A stretch of 46,822 bases of DNA. Origin: a virus. Lineage: Duplodnaviria; Caudoviricetes. Positions 24,205 to 34,033 of the stretch are shown here, one piece after another. Positions within the stretch are counted from its first letter, which is position 1. Each line of letters opens with the position of its first letter. The notes below the pieces were generated by a model that was given only the letters and a program-made list of their open reading frames with translations, did not search any database and had not been told where the DNA came from. The stretch is taken from positions 1 to 46,822 of IMG/VR virus record IMGVR_UViG_3300032304_000877; one strand, 5' to 3'. Made by a program: the position numbers and the translations under genes.

Positions 24205-26862
24205 TTGAGTTATATTGATGCATTGTTTGATCGTGAGCACGATCGTATTCACATAGTTGAGCGGAAGGATGGCAAAAGATGCTATCAGGAATATCCGGCC
24301 AATTATGTGCTGTATTATGAAGATGCTAGAGGCAAGTTCCAAAGTATCTTTGGCACACCTGTTAGCCGATTCAGCACCAGGAACAGCAAAGAATTTCGTA
24401 AGGAAGTTCGCATACAATCAAATAAACAACTGTATGAATCAGATATCAATCCTATCTTCCGTTGCCTTGAAGAAAACTACAAAGGACAAGACGGCCCTAA
24501 GTTAAACGTGGCATTCTTTGACATTGAAGTAGACTTTGACCCAGAACGTGGATTCAGTCCACCAGCCGATCCATTCAATGCTATCACCGCCATATCAGTG
24601 TACTTGCAATGGCTGAATCAAATGGTCACACTGGTGATACCTCCCAAACACATGAGTCAAGAAACTGCCCGCGACATTGCTGGTGATTTTGAAAACACCA
24701 TTGTATTTGAAACCGAAGAAGACCTACTCAACACATTCCTAGACTTGATTGAAGATGCAGATGCATTATCGGGATGGAACAGTGAAGGCTTTGATATTCC
24801 ATATACTATAAATCGTGTGACTCGTGTGCTCAGCAAAGATGACACCCGCAGATTTTGTCTATGGAATCAATATCCCAAGAAACGTACCTTTGAACGATTT
24901 GGTGCAGAGAATGAAACTTATGACTTGATTGGTCGTGTGCATATGGATTATATGCAACTGTATCGCAAGTACACATACGAAGAACGACACAGTTATAGTC
25001 TGGATGCTATTGCCGAATACGAACTAGGCGAGACCAAAACTGTGTTTGAAGGCACGTTAGATCAACTGTACAATCAAAACTTTAAAACATTCATCGAGTA
25101 CAACAGACAAGACACAATGATTTTGGCCAAGCTAGACAAGAAATTGAAATTCTTAGACCTAGCAAATACACTAGCACACGAAAATACTGTGCTACTGCAA
25201 ACTACCATGGGTGCTGTGGCTGTAACAGAACAGGCCATTATCAACGAAGCACACGAGCGTGGCATGGTTGTTCCTAACCGCAAGGAACGCTACAGTGACG
25301 AAGATACACAGGCTGCGGGTGCCTATGTTGCTTATCCTAAAAAAGGCATTCACGAATACATTGGGTCAATTGATATCAACAGTCTCTACCCAAGTGCCAT
25401 TCGTGCTCTTAATATGGGTCCAGAAACTATCGTAGGACAACTACGCCCTACAATGACCAATCGATATATTCGAGACAAAATGAATTCAGGATCCAGCTTT
25501 GCTGCGGCTTGGGAAGGCTTGTTTGCCTCGTTAGAATACACTGCGGTAATGAATTTGGAAAAAGGCACAGAGATTACAATTGACTGGCAAAGTGGTGAAG
25601 AGTCGGTACACAGTGCCTCAGAAGTATGGCATATGATTTTTGACAGCAACCAACCCTGGATGCTCAGTGCCAACGGCACTGTGTTTACATATGAACGTGA
25701 AGGTGTGATTCCTGGATTGTTAAAACGTTGGTATGCTGAACGTAAAGAGATGCAAGCTAAATTAAAGGAATGTACAAATGCCGAAGATGAAGAATACTGG
25801 GACAAGCGTCAACTTGTTAAAAAGATTAACCTCAACAGTCTTTATGGTGCTATTCTTAATCCTGGTTGCAGGTTCTTTGATAAGCGTATTGGTCAGTCCA
25901 CAACTCTTACTGGTCGTGCCATTGCCCGGCACATGGATGCTTACGTAAATGAATGTATCACTGGCAAGTATGATCATGTGGGTGAAACTATTATCTACGG
26001 TGACACAGACTCGTGTTATTTCAGTGCGTGGCCAGTGTTAAAGAAAGAAGTTGAAGAAGGACGCATGACCTGGTCAAAGGACATGGCCATACAACTGTAT
26101 GATTCAATTGCCGATCAAGTCAACATCAGCTTCCCAGGGTTTATGGAAACTGCATTCCATGTGCCTAGAGAGATGGGCGAAGTAATTAAAGGTGGGCGAG
26201 AAGTAGTGGCCAGCAAGGGCCTGTTCATTACCAAGAAACGTTATGCAGTGATGATCATTGACAAGGAAGGCAAACGATTGGATGTTGCTGGACAGCCGGG
26301 CAAGGTCAAGGCTATGGGTTTGGATTTGAAACGTAGTGACACGCCCAAAGTTATTCAAGAGTTCTTGAGTGAGATTCTCAATGATGTGCTAACTGGTGCT
26401 ACCCGTGATGAAATTATTGCCAAGATCCGTGAATTTAAATATATTTTCAAAGAACGTCCAGGATGGGAGAAGGGCAGTCCAAAACGTGTAAACAACTTGA
26501 CCAAGTATGGCAAGGAAGAAGAACGTTTGGGCAAAGCTAACATGCCGGGGCATGTTCGTGCGGCACTTAACTGGAACAACTTACGTCGTATGAACGGTGA
26601 CAAATATAGTTTGCAAATTGTCGACGGTATGAAAACTATTGTGTGTAAGTTAAAAGCCAATCCCTTAGGATGGACCAGTATTGGGTATCCAACAGATGAA
26701 CAACAGTTACCTGCATGGTTTAAAGAACTGCCCTTTGATGACAGCGAGATGGAAGCCACAGTGGTTGATCAAAAAATTGACAACTTGTTGAGTGTGTTGG
26801 AGTGGGATCTAGCCAGCTCTACCAACACAGAAAATACTTTTGAAACTTTGTTCGAGTGGTAA
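24205..26862 (+). CDS. family B DNA polymerase (T4 gp43-like)
   Basis: Exo I FFDIEVD, Exo II GWNSEGFDIPY, Exo III YNRQD; Pol motifs DINSLYPS, KINLNSLYG, YGDTDS and KKRY; TTG start with SD GGAG. Confidence 0.97.
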   Translation: MSYIDALFDREHDRIHIVERKDGKRCYQEYPANYVLYYEDARGKFQSIFGTPVSRFSTRNSKEFRKEVRIQSNKQLYESDINPIFRCLEENYKGQDGPKLNVAFFDIEVDFDPERGFSPPADPFNAITAISVYLQWLNQMVTLVIPPKHMSQETARDIAGDFENTIVFETEEDLLNTFLDLIEDADALSGWNSEGFDIPYTINRVTRVLSKDDTRRFCLWNQYPKKRTFERFGAENETYDLIGRVHMDYMQLYRKYTYEERHSYSLDAIAEYELGETKTVFEGTLDQLYNQNFKTFIEYNRQDTMILAKLDKKLKFLDLANTLAHENTVLLQTTMGAVAVTEQAIINEAHERGMVVPNRKERYSDEDTQAAGAYVAYPKKGIHEYIGSIDINSLYPSAIRALNMGPETIVGQLRPTMTNRYIRDKMNSGSSFAAAWEGLFASLEYTAVMNLEKGTEITIDWQSGEESVHSASEVWHMIFDSNQPWMLSANGTVFTYEREGVIPGLLKRWYAERKEMQAKLKECTNAEDEEYWDKRQLVKKINLNSLYGAILNPGCRFFDKRIGQSTTLTGRAIARHMDAYVNECITGKYDHVGETIIYGDTDSCYFSAWPVLKKEVEEGRMTWSKDMAIQLYDSIADQVNISFPGFMETAFHVPREMGEVIKGGREVVASKGLFITKKRYAVMIIDKEGKRLDVAGQPGKVKAMGLDLKRSDTPKVIQEFLSEILNDVLTGATRDEIIAKIREFKYIFKERPGWEKGSPKRVNNLTKYGKEEERLGKANMPGHVRAALNWNNLRRMNGDKYSLQIVDGMKTIVCKLKANPLGWTSIGYPTDEQQLPAWFKELPFDDSEMEATVVDQKIDNLLSVLEWDLASSTNTENTFETLFEW

Positions 26863-26863
26863 T

Positions 26864-27796
26864 ATGAAACTTAGCGAACTTGTTGCATATCGTAATCAGC
26901 TAGAGGCGCTATCAAGTGTGCCTGTGTTAAAAACTGCCAATCTTGAGTTGGACAAAATACTGCATTTAGTTGGCACACAACCAGAGTTAATGACATCATT
27001 TACTCACAACCTCGATAGTCAATATGCCGACATACAAAAAGTGTTTGCTAAATTTGAGGATGACTTAAACAATTTAAAATCTCAGTTAGCTCAACAAATT
27101 GCACAGGCCGAGCGTCCTTGGTTCCAAGAAAGTTATACCTTGTATGAAGGTGAACTGGTTCAAGCTGCTGAGTCTGTACTCGAGTTAAGAAAACCCAACA
27201 CCCTTGATACTACTCCATTTCAAATTAGATTGAGTCAGTACGCCAACTGGAAGTATCCGGCATTGATCATCCGCCCCGGGTCGGAAACGTTTATTGAAAA
27301 CATGGTAGCATATGATCCTCTCTACTTGGTAGATTTGAGTCATGATTACTTAACCCCAGCTATGAACAAGTTTAATGAACAGTATCAACATCGATTGAGA
27401 CCTTATGTTGTCAGTGAAGAGTTGGATCAAGATATTTTAGCAAAAATTCCCAACGATCAATTTGGCATGTGTTTAGCCTATAATTATTTTAATTTTAGAC
27501 CATTTGAAATCCTCAAAAAATACCTAGCAGAAATATATCAAAAACTCAAACCCGGTGGAATCTTAGCATTTACATTCAATGACTGTGATAGACCCAGTGC
27601 TGTCAGCTTGGTTGAAAATTATTATTGTTGTTATACACCCGGATATTTGGTTAGAGAATTAGCTGTCTCTATGGGCTACGAAATTGTGTACTCTTGGAAT
27701 GATCCAGGACCAACCACTTGGTTAGAATTAAAGAAACCTGGAGAACTGACCAGTCTCAAAGGTGGACAAACTTTGGCAAAAATAGTTCCAAAATAA
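26864..27796 (+). CDS. class I SAM-methyltransferase-like protein (start revised to ATG 26864)
   Basis: C-terminal YLAEIYQKLKPGGILAFTF motif; motif I is degenerate (IIRPG); N-terminal coiled coil. Confidence 0.55.
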   Translation: MKLSELVAYRNQLEALSSVPVLKTANLELDKILHLVGTQPELMTSFTHNLDSQYADIQKVFAKFEDDLNNLKSQLAQQIAQAERPWFQESYTLYEGELVQAAESVLELRKPNTLDTTPFQIRLSQYANWKYPALIIRPGSETFIENMVAYDPLYLVDLSHDYLTPAMNKFNEQYQHRLRPYVVSEELDQDILAKIPNDQFGMCLAYNYFNFRPFEILKKYLAEIYQKLKPGGILAFTFNDCDRPSAVSLVENYYCCYTPGYLVRELAVSMGYEIVYSWNDPGPTTWLELKKPGELTSLKGGQTLAKIVPK

Positions 27797-27807
27797 ATCA
27801 AAACCTG

Positions 27808-27836
27808 TTGTAAAATCTAAATAAACACTGTACAAT
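27808..27836 (+). promoter_or_regulatory. sigma70-type promoter with nested TAAATA late core
   Basis: TTGTAA-17-TACAAT; TAAATA at 27818-27823. Confidence 0.6.
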
Positions 27837-27856
27837 AAACAAACAAGGAGAATTAC

Positions 27857-28579
27857 ATGAAAGATCATTTACTAGACTTAGTAGAACACACTTATGACCT
27901 AGGTTGCATTGACCTAGTCAAAATCACCGGTGACGATAAGTCAACTGCAATTAATGGGTTAGCTGAAGACCGTAGTGTTATTGTTGACGGCACATTTGCC
28001 AGCCCAGTAGCAGACTTTATTGGCACATTTGGCATGCCAAATTTAAGCAAACTCAAGGTGTTGTTGAACCTGCAACCCTACAAAGAAAATGCCAAACTTG
28101 CTATTACACGCAAAGACACAGGTGCATTGGATCAACTGACATTTGAAAATGCCGAAGGCGACTTTAAGAACAGCTATCGCTTTATGGCTACTGAAATTAT
28201 CAACGAGAAATTAAAAAATGTCAAGATGAAGCCAGTTACCTGGCACATTGAGTTTGAACCTTCTGTGGCTGCTATTCAACGTCTTAAAATGCAAGCCAGT
28301 GCCAATGCTGAAGAAGTTAACTTCAAAGCAAGAACAGACGGCAAAGATTTGAAATTTTTCTTTGGTGATCATTCAACACACGCAGGTAACTTTGTATTCC
28401 AGCACGACGTAGGTGGCACACTCAAACGTGAATGGAGTTGGCCAGTTAAAACTGTGATTGGTATTTTGGACCTAACCGGTGACAAAGTCATGCGCATCAG
28501 CGATGATGGCATTGCTGAAATTACTGTAGACTCAGGCTTGGCTACTTACAGCTTCAAACTTCCAGCACAAAGCAAGTGA
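27857..28579 (+). CDS. probable DNA polymerase sliding clamp (gp45-like)
   Basis: 240 aa with an alternating alpha/beta pattern, strong SD AAGGAG and position near the polymerase; assignment rests on size and context. Confidence 0.55.
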   Translation: MKDHLLDLVEHTYDLGCIDLVKITGDDKSTAINGLAEDRSVIVDGTFASPVADFIGTFGMPNLSKLKVLLNLQPYKENAKLAITRKDTGALDQLTFENAEGDFKNSYRFMATEIINEKLKNVKMKPVTWHIEFEPSVAAIQRLKMQASANAEEVNFKARTDGKDLKFFFGDHSTHAGNFVFQHDVGGTLKREWSWPVKTVIGILDLTGDKVMRISDDGIAEITVDSGLATYSFKLPAQSK

Positions 28580-29649
28580 TTGACTTTCAGAATCTGAAGC
28601 TTTCCAAGGCACTATCCTACACGTTGCGTTCAATGCCACGTGGAAAGCAACACACTCAACCAATACTGCACTCGTGTAATTTACCATTTACTCACGTCAG
28701 CATAGATCAGAATTCAGATTGTTTTTTGTGTAATTGCGAAGGATGGTTGCCGATTCCGGTGGGCAAAGTAGCAGATTTTGAATCCTTGGAGGATGTGTGG
28801 AATTCACCAATTGCACAAGAACTTCAAGAAGATGTTCGACAAAAAAAGTTTTCTTGGTGTGCGGTCACGCATTGTGGTATTATCGATCACGACATTGTAA
28901 AAAAACATTATACTCTGTACATAAACATTGACGACAGTTGTAATCTAGCCTGTCCTAGCTGTCGCAGAGAATTACGCATGATAGACCAAGGCCCACAGTT
29001 TGATAGTAAAGTCAAAGATTTGAGTCGTATATTAGAATGGTTAGAAAAATTCAATGAGCCAATCATAATTTCTCTCGGTGGCACCGGTGATGCATTAGCC
29101 AGTCAACTTATTAGAAATTTAATTAAAAATTATTGTTACAAGCCAGGACAAACATTCAGAATTACCACCAATGGCTTACTGCTAAAAAAAGTAATTGCAG
29201 ATTCTGCAATTAAACCGGCAATCAGTTTTTTTTCAGTTAGTGTAGATGCTGGCAGTAAAGAAGTATATGAACAAGTTCGACGCCCTGGCAAATGGTCAGT
29301 TCTTATAGAAAATCTTGAATGGCTGGCCGATAATCGACAAAATAGCAAAGTGGATCTTAGTTTTGTATTGCAGAATGCAAATTATCAAGATTTACCAGCC
29401 TTTGTTGAGCTCTGCCAAAAATATGGATTTAACGGCGATATACAGCCTCTTAACGATTGGGGTACATGGAATAGCCAACCTGTTCTGCAACCAGATGCAT
29501 GGACTATTGCCAATGGAACTTATCTAGATCACAATGTGTGCAATTCTGCACACATTAACCATCAGCATTTTGTTGAAACACTCAATACTGTGCGAGAACA
29601 AAATAACAAATTTATTAATTTTAACAATTTTTTTGATCAATTTCAATGA
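28576..29649 (+). CDS. radical SAM protein with N-terminal Cys-rich (twitch/SPASM-like) region
   Basis: CNLACPSC (CX3CX2C), GGTGD, ITTNG, SVDAG and YEQVR motifs. Confidence 0.85.
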   Translation: MIDFQNLKLSKALSYTLRSMPRGKQHTQPILHSCNLPFTHVSIDQNSDCFLCNCEGWLPIPVGKVADFESLEDVWNSPIAQELQEDVRQKKFSWCAVTHCGIIDHDIVKKHYTLYINIDDSCNLACPSCRRELRMIDQGPQFDSKVKDLSRILEWLEKFNEPIIISLGGTGDALASQLIRNLIKNYCYKPGQTFRITTNGLLLKKVIADSAIKPAISFFSVSVDAGSKEVYEQVRRPGKWSVLIENLEWLADNRQNSKVDLSFVLQNANYQDLPAFVELCQKYGFNGDIQPLNDWGTWNSQPVLQPDAWTIANGTYLDHNVCNSAHINHQHFVETLNTVREQNNKFINFNNFFDQFQ

Positions 29650-31271
29650 CCCAAGATAACCTAACAGCCAAACAAAAAGATTACGCTGTATTTTTGCCAG
29701 CTATTTCAGGATTCTATGCCACATTCGTGGGCAAACAGCGTGATCCTGTTAATGGTCCTTATGTAGATCCTGCTAGAATGCCTGCGGGTATTCCAGACAT
29801 GGAAATGATGAACTGGCTTGATGATCAAAAGGGCCTGTTCCCTTACAAGTGGAGCCTGTATTCAGGTGGACATGCCAACTTGGATCTTAACAAGCAGGAC
29901 TGGTCAGAGGACATGGTTCGCAATCGTGATCCTAATACCTTATTACTGGGCGACTCTGGTGGATTCCAAATTGCCAAGGGCTTGTGGGAAGGCGATTGGA
30001 AAGCTGGCTCGGGTTGTCCTAAGGCCCAGAAGAAACGTGAAGCTGTTCTTAAATGGTTAGACAACATCAGCGACTATTGTATGACGCTAGATATTCCAAC
30101 CTGGGTCATACATGACAAAAAAGCATCAGTGGCCTGCCAGATCAGTACGCTACAAGAAGCTGTGGATGCTACCAAGTACAACAACGAATACTTCATGAAG
30201 CATCGCCGAGGCAAAGCCAACGGTGGTACCAAGATCTTAAACGTGCTTCAAGGAGCCAATCATGCCGATGCAGATCGTTGGTATGACCTAATGAAAGACT
30301 ATTGTGATCCTGCCAAGTATCCTGACACACACTTCGATGGCTGGGCCATGGGTGGTCAGAACATGTGTGACGTACATTTGGTGTTGCGTCGGTTAGTAGC
30401 ACTACGTCATGATAAATTGCTACAAGAAGGCGTACACGATTGGATGCATTTCTTAGGCACAAGTAAACTAGAGTGGGCTGTGCTACTTACTGACATTCAA
30501 CGTGCTGTTCGCAAGTATGTTAATCCAGCATTTACAATCAGCTTTGACTGTGCGTCACCATTCTTGGCCACAGCCAATGGACAGGTTTATCATCATATTG
30601 ATTTACCACACAACGAAAAGTGGTGCTATCGCATGAGTCCTATTGTGGACGACAAAAAGTTTAGCACAGATACAAGATCATATCGTGAGGGTGTGTTGGC
30701 AGAAGGATTTGTCAAACACTTTGATGAAAGCCCAATCAGTAAGCACTTGAAGATGAAGGATATCTGTATTTACAAGCCAGGTGTGCGTAAAACTGATGCT
30801 GAATTAAACGGCGAAACATTTGATCCTAACAATATGGCCCATTTTCATACTGCACCAGATCTAAATAAGATTGGAAAAAATGGCAAGACAAGTTGGGATA
30901 GTTTTAGCTATGCCTTGCTGATGGGACATAATGTTTGGATGCATCTCGAAGCAGTGCAACGTGCCAATCGTGAATACGATAACGGTTCTTGGCCTGCTAT
31001 GATGTGGAATCAAAACGGAGATCATGCCCGCTTTAAAGATATTGTGGATGCTATTTTTGCCACACCCGATCGTGCAGAAGCCGAAGCTATCATCGAACAC
31101 TATGATCGTTATTGGATGGACATTGTGGGCACTCGTGGGTTCAAAGGTAAAAAAGCCAAGAATGCTATGAGCATGTTTAATAACTTATTTGAAGTAGAAG
31201 AGGACAATGGCGTTGATGCTGACGACATTGATTTAGATGAAACCAAGTTGAATGAATTGGAGACTCAATGA
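29646..31271 (+). CDS. tRNA-guanine transglycosylase-fold protein (DpdA-like base-exchange enzyme)
   Basis: DSGGFQ, MTLDIP, NVLQG, GWAMGG, HFLG and SFDCASP TGT-fold motifs in order; FolE and QueD-like genes nearby. Confidence 0.8.
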   Translation: MTQDNLTAKQKDYAVFLPAISGFYATFVGKQRDPVNGPYVDPARMPAGIPDMEMMNWLDDQKGLFPYKWSLYSGGHANLDLNKQDWSEDMVRNRDPNTLLLGDSGGFQIAKGLWEGDWKAGSGCPKAQKKREAVLKWLDNISDYCMTLDIPTWVIHDKKASVACQISTLQEAVDATKYNNEYFMKHRRGKANGGTKILNVLQGANHADADRWYDLMKDYCDPAKYPDTHFDGWAMGGQNMCDVHLVLRRLVALRHDKLLQEGVHDWMHFLGTSKLEWAVLLTDIQRAVRKYVNPAFTISFDCASPFLATANGQVYHHIDLPHNEKWCYRMSPIVDDKKFSTDTRSYREGVLAEGFVKHFDESPISKHLKMKDICIYKPGVRKTDAELNGETFDPNNMAHFHTAPDLNKIGKNGKTSWDSFSYALLMGHNVWMHLEAVQRANREYDNGSWPAMMWNQNGDHARFKDIVDAIFATPDRAEAEAIIEHYDRYWMDIVGTRGFKGKKAKNAMSMFNNLFEVEEDNGVDADDIDLDETKLNELETQ

Positions 31272-31474
31272 TTGACCATTTACAAAGTCGGGTACGACAT
31301 TTAGAAGAAGAACACGCTAGATTAGACAAGCGTATTGATGGTATGGAAAGCACTGGAGTGTTCGAAGATGCCACTTTAGAAGTTTTGAAGAAACAAAGGT
31401 TGCATATCAAAGACGAACTTGTTAAACTTAAACTTAATATTGCATACAAAGCCGGCAACGGCGAGAGTGATTAA
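31268..31474 (+). CDS. YdcH/DUF465-like small coiled-coil protein
   Basis: LEEEHARLDKRI...LKKQRLHIKDEL pattern. Confidence 0.7.
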   Translation: MIDHLQSRVRHLEEEHARLDKRIDGMESTGVFEDATLEVLKKQRLHIKDELVKLKLNIAYKAGNGESD

Positions 31475-32539
31475 TTGAATCGAGAAAACTTTTGTGCGGC
31501 TCCTTGGTCAGGACTTAGTCTGGACCCCAACGGCCAAGCTAAACTGTGTTGCATCAGTCAAGATCGGGTGTCGTTACAGGAGTTTGACCAAGCAAAATTG
31601 TTGCCTAAATTTGTAGAAATTCGACAGGCATTTATTGACGATCAACAGCACACAAATTGTAGTGCTTGCTGGCAACGTGAATCGGTCAATACCAATTGGG
31701 AAAGCCGTCGTAGCATTTATCAATATGATGATTTTTATCACAATCTTGATTCAGCTAAAGATTTTCAACTTGAACATTTAGACTTGCGATGGAGTAATAC
31801 TTGCAATCTCAATTGTGTGTATTGCGGCCCTGATTTCAGCAGTCGATGGGCCGAACTGCAAGGAAAGAAACAAAGTTTTAGAATATTTCCCACCGTAACC
31901 GATTTAGATCTAGCCAATCTCAAAATACTACAAATGGCCGGCGGCGAACCTCTGTTGATCAAGGAAAATTTAGATGTATTGGCACGGTTACACAAAATAA
32001 ATCCCAATGTCAGCATTGAGGTCACAACTAATCTGACCATGATCAACAATAACCGAATCTACGATAGTTTAAAGCAGTTTGACAATGTAAATTGGATAGT
32101 CAGTTTTGAATCAACTGAAAAAAAATTTGAATATATTAGAAATGGTGCCAAGTGGAGTGAGTTCTACACCAATTTAAATACACTGTCTATGGATTTTACA
32201 GATATTCAAGTGAATATGGTTTACTTTCCATTGAGTAGTTTGGACATTATCAATGCAATCGATGTAGCATTAGAATTCACTGGCCCGGATAACATATTTT
32301 TAGTTGGACAATCTGGAGGACATGGATTTGACAAACTGAGTCGATCTGCGTTACAATACATAAAACAACATAACTTAGATCAACTAACACAGTTACCTAG
32401 TATTTTACAAACACGTTTACAGGATCAAATAGCATCAGCCACAACGCAACAAAATCAGACAGTATTACCGTTGTATGATAAATTCGATCAACTGACTAAC
32501 CAAAATCACCGTTTAATTTTTTCGGAGTTATATGAATAG
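31475..32539 (+). CDS. radical SAM protein with N-terminal twitch/SPASM-like region
   Basis: CAAPW...LCC...CSACW, CNLNCVYC, GGEPLL, TTN and FEYIR motifs; TTG start. Confidence 0.85.
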   Translation: MNRENFCAAPWSGLSLDPNGQAKLCCISQDRVSLQEFDQAKLLPKFVEIRQAFIDDQQHTNCSACWQRESVNTNWESRRSIYQYDDFYHNLDSAKDFQLEHLDLRWSNTCNLNCVYCGPDFSSRWAELQGKKQSFRIFPTVTDLDLANLKILQMAGGEPLLIKENLDVLARLHKINPNVSIEVTTNLTMINNNRIYDSLKQFDNVNWIVSFESTEKKFEYIRNGAKWSEFYTNLNTLSMDFTDIQVNMVYFPLSSLDIINAIDVALEFTGPDNIFLVGQSGGHGFDKLSRSALQYIKQHNLDQLTQLPSILQTRLQDQIASATTQQNQTVLPLYDKFDQLTNQNHRLIFSELYE

Positions 32540-33047
32540 AGCCGGACACGAAGAAGTAAATTTCTTTATAGGAACCGAAGTAGAGCATACTGTTGCATTT
32601 GGGTTGCGTACCCTGTTTGTAGTGGGCTTGCAAGACAGCCAAATTATTCAACAAGAAGCTAAAAATAATAATTGTGAACACATTTATTTTGGTGCCAATC
32701 AAAGTTTTCCGGCATTAGACAAAAACGATGGCAATGCGTGGCGTGAGTGGGAAATAATGGTTCAGGATTGTTTAGAGGCTGGTTGGTTATGCACACTAGA
32801 TTTAGATCACGCACAAGTAGAAGGGTTACTTGAATCCGCATTGGTGGAGTTTAATAACTTTATTCCAATGATTAGTGTTAAACTTCCCTACATTCAACAA
32901 CTTGGATACTATGCTACTCTTAAAATTGATGACAAAGATTTCGCAGCAACAAACCCAGGCGTCTGGTGTCACAGCCTACACGATTTACAAAATAAAGAAG
33001 TGTTTACTGACTGGTCTAAATATACCAAGGACGAAGTAATACAATGA
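32532..33047 (+). CDS. hypothetical phage protein (171 aa)
   Basis: SD GGAG; FIGTEVEHT, HIYFGANQSF and KIDD..F.ATNPGVW segments; function unknown. Confidence 0.7.
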   Translation: MNRAGHEEVNFFIGTEVEHTVAFGLRTLFVVGLQDSQIIQQEAKNNNCEHIYFGANQSFPALDKNDGNAWREWEIMVQDCLEAGWLCTLDLDHAQVEGLLESALVEFNNFIPMISVKLPYIQQLGYYATLKIDDKDFAATNPGVWCHSLHDLQNKEVFTDWSKYTKDEVIQ

Positions 33048-33349
33048 GAAACTGGATTAGACAAAAGTTAATTAATATATTGATAGATACTGAACCTAGT
33101 AGGATAGGTCACGGAAACATTAGTGTTTCGTTAAATGAATCACTATGTGATGACAGTCCAAGCAACATTGATCTTCCAGATCCTATTGTGTTTAAAGTGC
33201 AGGCGGTGTCAGGCGGCACAATAGTAGAGTCTCGTTGGTACGACTACAAGAAGGACGAAAATCGTACCAAACTACATATTATCACACAGGAAGAAAACTT
33301 GTCCGAATCAATTGGTAAAATTGTAACTATGGAGTTATTACAAAAATGA
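33044..33349 (+). CDS. hypothetical protein (101 aa)
   Basis: ATGA overlaps at both ends. Confidence 0.7.
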   Translation: MRNWIRQKLINILIDTEPSRIGHGNISVSLNESLCDDSPSNIDLPDPIVFKVQAVSGGTIVESRWYDYKKDENRTKLHIITQEENLSESIGKIVTMELLQK

Positions 33350-33795
33350 TACAAGAACAACGTGAAACTATTGAACGTGTTAAAACAGCCGCACAAAGAC
33401 AAATCTGGGTTACATTCCGCCGAGAAGGAATCCATTGCTATCCAGCGGCCGCAACAGATCCCCGGTTAAATACAGCAGGAGAATATGATGTTTCGTTTCT
33501 TGCTAGCCCTCATCGCCATATATTTCATTTCCGGGTGTCAATCGATGTGTTCCACAATGACAGGGACATTGAGTTCATCCAGTTCAAACGATGGCTCGAG
33601 TCGTTGTATAACGGTGCGAATACCGTTTTAGAACTTGACTGGAAATCCTGCGAGATGATCGCAGATGACCTATATATACAGATAGCAGGTCGTTATCCAG
33701 GTCGTGCAGTAGTAATTGAAGTATCCGAAGACGGCGAGAACGGATGCTGCATTAGTTATAATCTTACTCGTCCAACACAATCAATTGTAATTTAA
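33346..33795 (+). CDS. QueD/PTPS (T-fold)-like protein, divergent
   Basis: EGIH...HRH, IEF, SCEMIA and VSED align with the QueD His/His/His, DF, TSE and VxE motifs; catalytic Cys appears absent. Confidence 0.65.
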   Translation: MIQEQRETIERVKTAAQRQIWVTFRREGIHCYPAAATDPRLNTAGEYDVSFLASPHRHIFHFRVSIDVFHNDRDIEFIQFKRWLESLYNGANTVLELDWKSCEMIADDLYIQIAGRYPGRAVVIEVSEDGENGCCISYNLTRPTQSIVI

Positions 33796-33805
33796 AGGAA
33801 ATATC

Positions 33806-34033
33806 ATGGGCAAACCCCAACATCGTGTAAACCCAAGAGCCCTTCAAGCATTTGAAGATTTGTCACTCTATTTAGAATTTTGTGTAGACTACGGCTACAG
33901 ATATCGAGAAGAAGATTTGTACAACTTCAAGAGCTATGCTTGGCAACAATACAACAAGTTTACTCAAGGCAAAAATGCCAAAAACATGTGGGACGAAGAC
34001 GGTCGCAGATTCTCAGGATATCGCCGTGCGTAA
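33806..34033 (+). CDS. hypothetical protein (75 aa)
   Basis: SD AAGGA; fills the gap between flanking genes. Confidence 0.7.
   Translation: MGKPQHRVNPRALQAFEDLSLYLEFCVDYGYRYREEDLYNFKSYAWQQYNKFTQGKNAKNMWDEDGRRFSGYRRA

Noticed and set aside
24205-26862. Intein or intron in the DNA polymerase
   Set aside because: 885 aa with all motifs at normal spacing; no splicing motifs seen.
28576-32539. Calling either radical SAM protein QueE
   Set aside because: Both are too long, carry extra Cys-rich regions and lack the QueE N-terminal QGEG-type motif.
33936-34025. N-terminal extension of the glycosyltransferase from the track start
   Set aside because: It overlaps the 33806-34033 gene; GTG 34026 has an SD and a typical short overlap.
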